From positions 12,005,130 through 12,069,129 of the forward strand of contig CM119263.1 in NCBI GenBank assembly GCA_051294375.1: DNA of 64,000 bases, read 5' to 3'. The translations under genes were made by a program, and so were the position numbers. Shown here in pieces: positions 38,301 through 50,900 of this stretch. Numbering within the stretch: position 1 is the first letter of the stretch; every line of letters begins with the position of its first letter. Origin of the DNA: Paraspadella gotoi (Eukaryota > Animalia > Chaetognatha). The notes beneath the pieces were generated by a model. That model saw only the letters and a program-made list of their open reading frames with translations, did no database searches and was not told the origin of the DNA.

Positions 38301-41300
38301 CAGTAGGCTATATTATCAATATTAAAATATTATAATATATATTATATTATATTATCTATTTTCATTAAGATGACCCTAGTCATCAATCAAAGGACGCTTT
38401 AACCTTCGAAGAATTGAAAACGGATCAGAGGATCGGAGCGAATGACTCAAGGATGGAATCGACTAATGCGATTGCAAGACTGCAAGCTTGATGGAAAATC
38501 TACCCGTGTCGATCCCTTCTAAGCTATAAATACACTTAGCCTTGTGGATAAGGCGCTACGTGGGCTGAAGATGACTGTCCGTAACTTCTATAACCCCCTC
38601 TAGCAAGCCATGGAACGGGTCTTGGGCTTGGAACCAGGCTTGAGGGTTTGCCATGCCCCCAAGGCGGCTTACGGTCGTCCTCACGCTTCCTGCAGGGTAG
38701 GTACCAGGGTTGGGATTTGAACCGGTACCGTAGTGGTCATGAGCTGATGGCTTTACTGAATGAGCCACCGGGTCACAACTGAAAGTGTCATGATTCTAGG
38801 CGGGGTGAACCTAGGCAATGCCTGACTACATGCCCCCCAGATTGTAACCCACCCTGCACTGTTCCAGTGGAGGGAGGGGAGGCAATCTTCAGCTAGACCA
38901 AGGGCCTGGAATCAGAAGGTTGGAATACGCTCGACAGGATTAGGCTCACCAGTGTGGATAAGGCGCTACGTGGGCTGAAGATGACTGTCCGTAACTTCTA
39001 TAACCCCCTCTAGCAGCCATGGAACGGGTCCTGGGCTTGGAACCAGGCTTGAGGGTTTGCCATGCCCCAAGGCGGCTTACAGCCATCCTCAACGCTTCCC
39101 GCAGGGTAGGTACGCCGGGTAGGGATTGAACCCGGTACCGTAGTGGTCATGAGCTGATGGCTTACTCAATGAGCCACCGGGTCACAACTGAAAGTGTCAT
39201 GATTCTAGGCGGGGTGAACTAGGCAATGCCCGACTACATATAGTACTATCCTTATAAGATCAAAAAATTTCAAAAAAGGCTCTTCTTAATTTTGATTGCA
39301 GATTTGAATTCCTCGTTAAAAATTAATAACAGAAAATATAAATCATTTTTAAAAATTATTTAATTAAGTGGGTAAAAAATTTAAAAAATCTATTTAATAT
39401 GTAAAATTTTAATTTCAGTTTAAAAAACAAATTTTTTTTCTATATTTGATCAACTTAATGAAAGAATTTTTTAAAAGAGTTATATATTCTTTATATCAAC
39501 TTTTCATGACGAATCCAAATCTGCCAAAAAATTTACAAAAAACTATTTTGTAATTTTAACATTTATTGAATTAGTACTAGTATAAATATGGCATATTGCG
39601 TAAATTGTAAAATTTATTATAAAATTTTTTTATACATAAATGTTCATTAGTATAATGTTATTCGTTTCCTCACTTTTAGAATTTTAATTAAAGTTAAATT
39701 TAGAATTTTTACTACGCTTTACTACACAGGATTACTCACCCCAAACAGATAAAGGATAAATTTTTAGAAATAACAATATTGTACAAACAAGTTTGAGCAA
39801 GCAATACCAGATCTGCCCCTGATCATTTACCGGTAAGAATCTAATCAGATATAAATCAGTTCTACGCCAATACATATTAAATCGCTTTCAAGGGATTAAA
39901 CTGAAATTGTTACTGCGGCACAAATATTATTTTGCTAGCTTGAATTTTGAATATTTTTTTAGCAGAAAAATTCTGTTTGTCTGTCTGTCCGTTCGTCCGT
40001 CCCCAACTGAGCTTTGAATGCTAATTACTATGATTGTATTGGGCGATTGACTTAAAATTTTGTATGCCGGTAGGAACGTGTGTGATTTAGCTGGAAATAA
40101 AGTTTCGATGGAATTGTCCGAGTGGAAATGAGGTAAAATGGAAAAAATATAAAAAAAAACTATTTCACTAATGAAATTTATTGAACGCAATATAAAAATT
40201 ATCTATTCAATATACTAAATAAGCTATCTTGCCCCTAGACTTTGGACAGGCTTTGGTGGTTTTAGGCCTTCATCACTCTTACAAGATAATGACATAGCAA
40301 ATCCATGCAAGTGAAGAGACAGTAATTATTGTTGTGTTAGTGACAGAACCATTCAATATAAGCAGTCCCTGAGCTTCGGATCAGGCTGTAACACCATGTT
40401 ACAGGCGGGTAAGCGCCCCATCCCTCTTAACTGCCAAACGACCACCGGGCGAAATGACTTGGCCTCCGGCACCAATGGCCGCTGATGAACGGTTGGTGGA
40501 TTTTAGTCCACCATACAAGCTTTCAATCAAGACTCTCTCCCAGTCTCGTTTATTCACTCCCAGAGTACCTGGCTTCCATATCAATGAGGTGGTATATATT
40601 TAAAGAATGTTTCAATTGTATGAAAGACCACTCCCTTAAGTATTGGATCGGGGAATACTTATTGTACTCTGCACTAGCATTAAAATACAAGGAGCTGAAT
40701 TTTAAATTTAATTTTATCCATTCATTTAAGCTACAGTAGCATCCGTCTAGAATTTCTGAGTCGGCAAGCTCTGTAACTCGAGTACAAATAATAATTTGAA
40801 AGATAGTTTTTGTCGTGTTATCGAGTACTCATATGGCGACTCCCCCTTCGTAACCCATTGCTCTACGACCACTTTTGGGACATAGCAGTTTATTGTAAAA
40901 GTTTACCTTGAGTGGGATTCGAATCCTACCATTCCATTCTGCGTCGAAGTCTTAGTTTTTAACCACTGCGCCATCTCGTTATTTAAAAAATATTATTCAA
41001 AAACCTCAATATAAATTTGTAGTCGGGCATTGCCTAGGTTCACCCCGCCTAGAATCATGACACTTTCAGTTGTGACCCGGTGCTCATTGAGTAAAAGCCA
41101 TCAGCTCATGACCACTAGGTACCGGGTTCAATCCAACCCGGTACCTACCCCTGCGGAAGCGTGAGGACGGCCGTAAGCCGCCTTGGGGGCATGGCAAACC
41201 CTCAAGCCTGGTTCCAAGCCCAGGGACCCGTTCCATGGCTGCTAGAGGGGGTTATAAGAAGTTACGGACAGTCATCTTCAGCCCACGTAGCGCCTTATCC

Positions 41301-44300
41301 ACAAATTTTGGTTTTTCTTTTCTTTTTAGTCAGATCTGGAAAAAAAAAATATTTCACTATTTGAACACCAATTACTCATGAGTGGATGGGGAGATTGACT
41401 TGAAATTTTGTATGGGGGTAGAAAAGTGTGTGATTAAACTGAAATCAAGTTTCGATGGAATTGTTTGAGTGGAAATGAGTGAAATGGAAAAAAACAAAAA
41501 AATGTGTTTCACTAATTGATTATGCTTTTTATATTAAATATAAATGCAAGATGTATTAATTAATCAAATAATTAATCAGTTAATTAAATAATAAGTCAAT
41601 TAATTAATCAATAATTAATTAATCAGTCAATTAATCAATCAAAACAAACATTTGGATCAAAATAATTAATTAGGCAATTAATTAATTAATTAATTAACCG
41701 ATAATGATCGTTGGCAGATCCGACATTGTTTGCTCAAACTTCTTTATGTTACAACGTGTTATGATCTGTTAAGATCATAAATTTAAAGTCAGAAAACGTT
41801 ACCAAAAATTATCATCATATTAGCTTATTACTGGCTTAATTATTGTAGACATTGTTTGCTCAAAACTTGTATTTTTGCAAATCAAAAACTTAGATTATTC
41901 TTTTTTCAAAACAATTTCATTCTTTCATTCTCTCAATCATGAGCCTATTTATTAATATTGATACAATAAGCAACTAGATAAAAACACTTAATAAAACACC
42001 TTAAAAGCAAGGTGAAAATGTTCAACGTCGCGGCTTAAAGAGGCAACTGACTTTTCCTCAATTTCAAACATTAAAAATAAGCCAGTATTCACTTTTCTTC
42101 GTATTAATCGTCGTCATTGCAACATTCTGTCATGAATCGGGAAACTTGGGACTCTGATGTCGAAATCCTGCCTTCGAACGTTGAATTTTTTGTTTCCCCA
42201 AAAAATTAAAAGTGAAACTACAGCTTTATATAATTTAATTTGTAACAAATTTTTTTGAAAATCATTTGGCCGAGTGCTTAGCGCGCCGGATTTCAATGTT
42301 ACGAAAAGGTTTCAGGTTCAAATCTGGCTGAAGCAATCTTTTTACAATAAGTTCTGATGTCCCAAAATTGGTCGTAGAGCAATGGCTTACCGAAGGGGAG
42401 TAGCCATATGTGTACTCGATATCAAGACAAAAGCTTCTCTTTAAAATTCTCATTTGTATCAAGTTACAGAGCTTGCCGTCTCAGAAATTCTAGACGGATG
42501 CTACTGTATCTTGCCTTGACTTTGGATAGGCTTTAGTGGTTTTAGGCCTCCATCACTCCTACAAGATAATACTATATGATTATTTTCTTTTATTTTATAT
42601 TAACTGTAAATTCAAGCTGCCTTAATTAATTATTAATAAAATAGTAATTAATTAATTAATTATTAATTTTTTTGTAATTAATATTTATTTTTTGATCAAG
42701 ATTATTGTTTTGTGATTGAGAGGCGAGTCAAAGTGGAAAAACGATTTTGACGCGAATAAAAAAAATTAATATTAATTAATTATCTGATCAGCTGTTTACT
42801 AAGGCGTAGTCAAAGTTACATACGAAAATTCTAAAATCAATTATGAACAACATCCATCAGTGAACATTAATTTGTAAAAAAAAAATAATTTATATTTTTT
42901 TTAATTTTCGCAGTAGGCTATATTTATATATAGTACTATCCTTATAAAATCGAAAAATTTCAAAATAGGCTTTTCTTAATTTTGATTGCAGATTTGAATT
43001 CCTCGTCAAAAGTTGATAAAAGAAAATATAAATCGTTTTTTAAAAATTCTTTCATTAAGTGGGTTAAAAATTTAAAAAAAATATATTTAATATATAAAAA
43101 GTTAATTTCAGCTTAAAATATAGCTTTTTCTAATTTTTGACCCACTTAATGAAGGAATTTTTCAAAAAGAGTTATATTTCTTTTTATCAACTTTTTATGA
43201 CAAATCCAAATCTGCAAAAAAAAAATTTAAAAAAACTGTTTAGAAATTTTAACATTTATTGGTTAGTACTAGTATAAATATGGCCTACTGCGTAAATTAT
43301 AAAATTTGTTAAAATTTTTTTTATTACATAAATGTTTATTAGTATAATGTTGTTCGTTCCTCACTTTTAGAATTTTAATTAAAGTAAAATTTAGGAATTT
43401 TACTACGCCTTACGGTTTACCGCTAATGATCGTGGGCAGATCCGGCATTGTTTGCTCTAACTTGTTATATTTTCGTAAAACGACCGCAAGTAAAATCTGT
43501 GACAAATATCGAGTCATAACTAAAAAGGTCTTAAAAATGCAAGAATACATATTTTTCACAATCAATAAATGACTATATCTCAGGGACTGAACTCTAATCC
43601 TAAAGTCTATATTCCATATTCAGCACCAACACTACAAGAAGTGGTACCATCGTTCTTTTAGTTCATTGGTATATTTCCACTATTGCGTCGCAATCCTTTT
43701 TTAAACCTGACACTGACTTATGGATAGTTTTGATGTTTAGCTTGATTTCCTCTCACTTGGCTGGAGCGATGGGACTAATTGTTTTGAATTCTTATATGCA
43801 AACAAAAACTGTTCTTACAGCAAGTTTAATAAATACCCCAGCAACAGTTAAGTTGAGCTAAATTCATAATTAAGGGTAGGGACGTCTGGCGTTAAGCGTC
43901 CGAGATAAAAATTAACGAATAAAAAAGTTGTTATTTTACTTACTGAATAAAAATACTTAAAATACTTACAAAATACATAAAATTGATAAAATTATTATTG
44001 CGAAAACATTGTTCAATCACATGCACTATATCTAGTACCTTTTTTTTCATTGAAATCGATAGATATTAACTAAACATATTATAATTAATTTTTCTTTTTG
44101 ATATAGTAAGAGAACCATACTTCCGTCACTTGATGTCGTCAAGTTACTAGTAAATATGCGTTTGAGGATTCAAAATCTGTTTTTAAAATTGACCTATGTA
44201 GACGCGAATAGACGCGATATGCCTTGAAAGCAAGTTGTTTGGTTTGGTTCCACCTAAATTTTTAGCTTCGGCCGAGTCAATTGGTAATAAAAAAATTGAT

Positions 44301-47300
44301 TTTCTTTGATATCTTTTGAACCAAAAATGATAGAACGATGAGACTGGTATCATATTAAAGCCATAATTATGGGGTATCTTTTCCATAATTTTTTTAAAAA
44401 ATGTTTCAAAGAATTTTTTAAAATCTTGATCGGAATCTTAGTCAAAAGTATAACAACTTTTGAATTAAATTAAACACACTTGGCCACATTTAAAAAAATA
44501 AATAAATATAGATTCTGAAAGAGAAAAGATTGAATTATGTTTCTGATATAAACAAAAATTTCTATACCTCAAATGTTTATATAATTACTAAGGATAATGA
44601 TTATCATTTTTTTGAAAAACAAAAAAATTTAAAAAATTCATGTAGGAACCTTAAAAAACATATGATTTAAATATGATAATTTAGGAGTTTAAACTTTGTT
44701 CCCCTGATTTAAAAAACTACTGACATAGGGCTAAAAGACTGTATTATCAGATTTTAAAATTTTAAGATTTAGCTGTGTCTACGAGGCCTGGCAGAAAAAA
44801 ATTATCACAATTTTTAATTTTATGTCATAATGCTATCATAAAAAATTTTAATGCATCATGTGAGGTATCATACAAAAGCTAACGATGTCTGCTACATGAC
44901 AGCACGTGAAAAAAATTTTCTTATTAAAATAAAAAATCACCAGACTACCCTATTAAGGGCAAACGCGAGTGACACAAAAAATCTTTACTATACTTTTGAT
45001 ATATAATAAAGTAATTCATATATAATTCATAGTACATAAGTATAAAACTACTCAACGTTTTTTGTGTTCCAGTTTCATTTCATGTTTTATAATTTTTTAT
45101 TACAGTGAAATGGGAGTGAAATGAAAAGATTTGTTATAGCACTTAACTGACTGACTGTGATTAATATTTGTTTATTTCATTAGTTGGAAAAGTCCCTGAT
45201 ATTTATGTATCTATAAAGCAAATTGAAAATACTTTACATCATAACAACTGATGCGCTTGTCATTCGCCTCCCAACCCAAGGTCCGGGGTTTTACCCGGTG
45301 GTCGCCTTGCAGTTAAGAGGGATGGGGCGCTTAACCCGCAAGTAACTCGGTGTTACAGCCTGATCTACTTATAACTCATAACAATTATTACTGTCTTTCA
45401 TTGGTGAGCTCGACTTCCGAACACAACAGCAACAACAACACTTTCAGGCGACATGCCTAAACCTGCGACGCACTTTTTACCAACAACACATCAGGCGACA
45501 ATGCCTGAACTTGGTGACGAACTTTCCATCAACTGTTTGTTATTCACTGAAGAGATGCAACAGACTTCTCCCTAGGGAGGGGAGATTGGTGCAGGAGGCA
45601 AGTCATTCGCCTGCCACACAAAGGTCCGGGGTTCTAGCTTGGTGGTTGCATAGGAGTTAAGAGGGACGGGGCGCTTCACCACCTGTAACCTGTTACCTGA
45701 TCCAAAACTCAGAGACTACTTATTTTGAACGGTTCAGTCACTAACTCATACAATTATTACTATCTCTTCAGAATTGTATTAGATAAGATATTAGATACAA
45801 TATTAAATTTATATTATATATAAGGAATATATATTAAAACAATTAAATTATTATAGTATAAAAAGTCCTGAACGATGTGATGGAAAATAGTTTTTATTAC
45901 TAATCGCATTAATCATTATAATTAAAATATCTGTCCCTTCCAAAAAAATACTTTCTTGCGTGGATGTTTTCAAATTAAAATTGGTGATGAAATTAGATGA
46001 ATTGATTTTATTGACATAAGAAAAACGAATGGAATTTAATTGGATAATTATAACATACCATGTAACAATTGTAGCATTCATTTTATTGGGTGAGAGAAAG
46101 AATTTTTAATGAATTTGTCTCGCGATTTTATTTTCTTTCTTATAAAAATAATACTCAGTATCTGCACTACTAGAAAAATTTTTTGACTAAGATTACCCCT
46201 ACCCAAAATGGCAAGGATGTCATTCGATTAAAAATGGTAGGCCCCTGCTTTTAGTTTTTGCTCGTAACCTCACAGGCCTGTTTGAATTCGCCCATGGTAG
46301 GTCGGCATTGCCTAGTAGTAGTAGTAGTAGTAGTAGTAGTCAAAATGATTCTCTTGTCTTCAACAGGAAATACAATAATAAAGTTTTTTTCTAAATAAAA
46401 TCGTTTTGAATTATCAGAATCTAAAGCACTAGTAGTTTTATAAGTTGTTTTATAATAGTTCATTAAGAGTAGTTTATAATAAACTTTGGTGTTTTTAGGA
46501 AACTTCTACTTTTACTCTTCTACACATTATACTAATGCTGATGCTGGATGCCGTCTTGTATTATTTAATATCAATATATATTGAAGAAATGAATCCAGGA
46601 ATTTTTGGTGTCCGGAAATCGCCATGCTTTTGTTTTAAATCTTGTAGAAAAAAACGAATTAAAAAAAAAGTTAGTTGGATAAAACTTATTGATAATTATG
46701 AATTTAATGAAAAAGATAAAGAGAAGAAAATTAGAGTAGCACTTAGAAATGTGTCAAAGGAATATGGATCTTTAAGATGTGGTAAAACAACACACCGGGT
46801 TGCAGTCGACAATATTTCGTTGGATCTTTATGAAGATGAATTATTCGTTTTACTTGGACACAATGGAGGTAATTTTTTTGCCATGACTACCTCAGCAAAT
46901 TTTATACAACGTACCCTTTTAGTCAGATCTGCTCAGTCCCTAAGTTATAGTTCATTCGAGCAAAGACATGCCCAGTGGGCATGTCTTTGCTCACAAGAGT
47001 GATTAATTGGCTAATTAATTAATTAACTTGAATAATTTAATTATTAACTTAATTTAATTACCGATAATGATCGTGGGCAGATCCGACATTGTTTTTGTCA
47101 ATATCTAATAAACGAATTATCACAGAGAACTGAGATTAGACTCAAAAGAAAGCTCATAAAATAACGATTTTTTGGATATATAATATTACTAATTATGCTT
47201 TTGCTTGATGTAAATTATTTAAAATATTATATATAAAATTTAACAATTTTATACATAGCATTTCATAGTAGTTATTTGCTGAAGAAAATTTTAAATTAGG

Positions 47301-47923
47301 TTAATTTTGAAGCTAAGCAATGTTTTGTTACATTTCTATAGTTTTTATTAAATAAGAATTGATTAAGTCTTTCAAGATAATTACAAAATGGTTACTATTT
47401 TGTAAATAAATTGAGTTATTTTCAATAATAACTTGAGAACGAATAATCGTAGGCTTATGAGAGTGAGTTCATATTAAAGCTCTCTCATTATATTTTTCAT
47501 TTTTTTGTGTTTCAAAAATGGGTTATTTCTATATTCTTTTTCGGGGTGTCTAGGAACCGTGTGCACATTTAGTGCACAAGTATACCCTTTGGAGCACAGA
47601 AGGGCAGCATCAAAGGCAGCATCATCTTCTCAAAACATCATATTATAATTATTATAAGAAAAGTTTGAAATGAATTTTCAACAACGATTTTATTTTTAAT
47701 AAAAAACGGACATGTTTCGGCTTAACTACAAGCCTTCATCAGCATTAAAAAGTTAGTGAATTTGAAACAAATTATGTGCATAAAGAAAGAGTGAGAGAGA
47801 GAGAGAGAGAGGGCAAAGTTTCCAACACAGAGTTGAGAAAAGATAGTGTGTCATGTGAGGACAGATAAGGTGAAACAAATAGAGCCAGTTTGTGAAAAAT
47901 GAAATGTGAGAGGGAGAAGAGAG

Positions 47924-47965
<42 letters not shown>

Positions 47966-50900
47966 AGGAGAGAGAGAGTGAGAGAACTTGAAAAATAATA
48001 CATTGTGCAATGTACAACAAAGATAAATATTGTTTAAAACTTAATGATTAGTGTTAACAATTAACTACTGTGAATAAATAAGTTAGTGAAGATGAAATTG
48101 TGAAATTTGAAAATGTGAAGGAAATAGAGGTGAGGATAGCTAAGCAATTATTATTATAGTGAAGTATAAGAGTTAAGATAGAGCTCAAAGTGAGCTGGCC
48201 CCCCTTGGCTTGTGCAAATGAAAGGCCTGATCGATGTGGTCGGGTCATGACGTGTCAGTGGCTGTGAGGACAAAATCGTTGAGCCTATGTGTGTGCGGCG
48301 TTAGGAGGCTCCTGCGGGAAGATACCCAAGGCTACTCTGATGTCTCTCTGGCTGGTACGCCTGCCGACTGCCCTCCTCTCGCCTGCTGACGAGTGGGCGG
48401 CTGTCCGTTCTTGCCGCTTTTGCGACAGGAGTGGTGGACTCTCCTTCCTCCTGCAGCCGTCGCTTGGCGGCGCTCACTCCACAGAGAAAGGGAATGAGTT
48501 GCTACAGGTGAAGGAGAGGCATCGTCTGCCCATTCCTGCGCAAGGGTTCTCCGCCTGTCTCGTTGAGTGGAGACAGGGGAGTCATTATAAATAATGTAAA
48601 AAAAGATGTTTGTCTGTCCATCCATTGTCCATCTGTCCGTCCATCCCCCATTAGCTTTAAGCGTTAATTGCTCATGAGTGATTGACTTTAAATTTTGAAT
48701 GTGGGTGTGGAAATGTGTGATTGAGCTTTTGATGAAATGAATAAAAAAATCTCTTATGGTTGAATTAAGCTTTTTTTCTTTTATATTATTTGTAAATATT
48801 AGCTGCAACAACTTTAACCTCAACAATTATTTAAATAATCAATTATCTAATTAATTAATATAATAATAATATAATATGAAGTTTGAGAAAATAATGTTAG
48901 ATCTGCTAACGATTATTAGTGGTAAAAAGCTGGTTATTTAATCAGCTGCTTACGGCTAATTGCCATGAGCAGATCGGGCATTGTTTGCTCAAACTTGTTT
49001 ACTTTTATAATAAATATAAATGCAAGCTGCAAGTATCACCTACTGCAATTAAATAATTATTTATTAATTATTAATCAATTGTGGTTGAGCTGGATATAAA
49101 GTTACAATGGAATCGTGCCACAATATAAGTTTAAATGGCAAAAACAAAATGCACATTTACTTGAATTAAATTATTATTATTATTATTACTATTATTATGG
49201 TTTTATGTATGAACAAAATATTTTTTTGAATTGTATATACTCTCATCAAGCAAACAGAACCTCAAAAGCTTTTCTAGATCAAGATGATCAAAAACGCCAC
49301 CTTCACCTAATTTTGGCTTTATTGGTGAATCGCCAAAAATATATCTAAATTATCGTTGCAAACACAAAGTTGTTTACATTAACTTGATTTTTAAGTTTTG
49401 AATCTTAACTTTTGATACATGTAAAAATTATTTGATGAATTATGGTTGTGAAGAGGCTGATTTTACAGGGCGCCACACCCGCAGCGATGTCACCTCGTGG
49501 CGACAGCGAGACAGCATGTTCATGTAGTTCAGAGCTTTGGATCTGGCAGTAGGCCCTTGCCTACAGGCGGATTACCCGGTCCATCCCACTTTATACATGA
49601 CAACCTCAGAGCTCGAACCAGGGACACACATTGGGATGGTGCATTAGTCCACTGAGGCGCTGCGAAAGAAACAGCTTTAATCCATCGGTGGTGATAGGAC
49701 CACCAGACAGCCGCCCCCAGGACTCTCACATATGAGAGTACGAAGTAGGGGATGAAGCGCATGTCTCTCTGCTGAACCTCTCTTCATTCTGGTAGCCTTG
49801 CTTTTGAGTGGCAGCTACGTAGCTCAAACCACATCAAGGGCAGAGGAGTATTATCATGCCCGGTTTTCGTGTTCGGATCACGTCGGGCTCACCATTGAAT
49901 GGGCTGGTTTTACAGGGCGTCACACCCGCAGCGGTGTCACCTCGTGGCGAAAGCGAGACAGCATATTCATGTAGTCCAGAGCTTTGGATCTGGCAGTAGG
50001 CCCTTGCCTACAGGCGGGTTACCTGGTCCATCCCACTTCCTACATGACAACCTCAGGGCTTGAACCAGGAACGCACATTGGGATGGGGAATTAGTCCACT
50101 GAGCCACTGAGGCGCTGCGAAAGAAACAGCTTCAATCCATCTGTGGTGATAGGACCACCAGAGTTGTAAGATAAATTTCAGCTAGAAAGCTCGAGATAGT
50201 ATGATAGTTTGATATGAATTATAGTTCACTTGGTCATATTATATACATAATTATAAATTAATGGACATTTTAAAATATTTCTAATTTTTTTCTTTTCGAA
50301 TTTTAATTTTCAAATTTTCTATTACAGCTGGTAAATCAACTACCATGAACATGACATGCGGTTTTATACAACAAACATCTGGACACATTTGGGTCAATGG
50401 TGTGAATACATTGGAAGATTTATCAAAGATTCGTAAAGAAGTTTCCTTTTGTCCCCAAATTAATGTTTTATTTGATAACCTCAATATAGAAGAACATATT
50501 AGGTATAACGGGCGTTGCCAGAGGGGAGCGATAAAAATAGTTTGTGTTTGCTATTGAAGCCGACGTTTTCACATTGTACTAGTTGACTAAAATTAAAACC
50601 CACCGATCGACAAAAATTCGCCATTTGCATTTTTCAAACCTGTTAATTTTTTTTTTAATCTTGAAGATTTATACCATTTATTTATCTAAATTAGTTTAAT
50701 TTAGTTTTAATTAATAGTCACATGGACGTCTTGTCGAATTTTAATGGAAATTTTATAAAAAATTTTTCATTCGAATATTAAAAGATGCAATTACAAAAGC
50801 AGATATTCCATAATTCACATCTCTCCATACTCCCGCCCCTAATTCAACACGCTTAATACGGTCATTACCGTTTGGTTGAGCCCAAAAAATTGGGTGTATA

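Noticed and set aside
45587-45650. Functional tRNA-Gly gene
   Set aside because: The anticodon stem and T-loop are degenerate and it is embedded in a TRIM LTR; treated as a tRNA-derived cassette.
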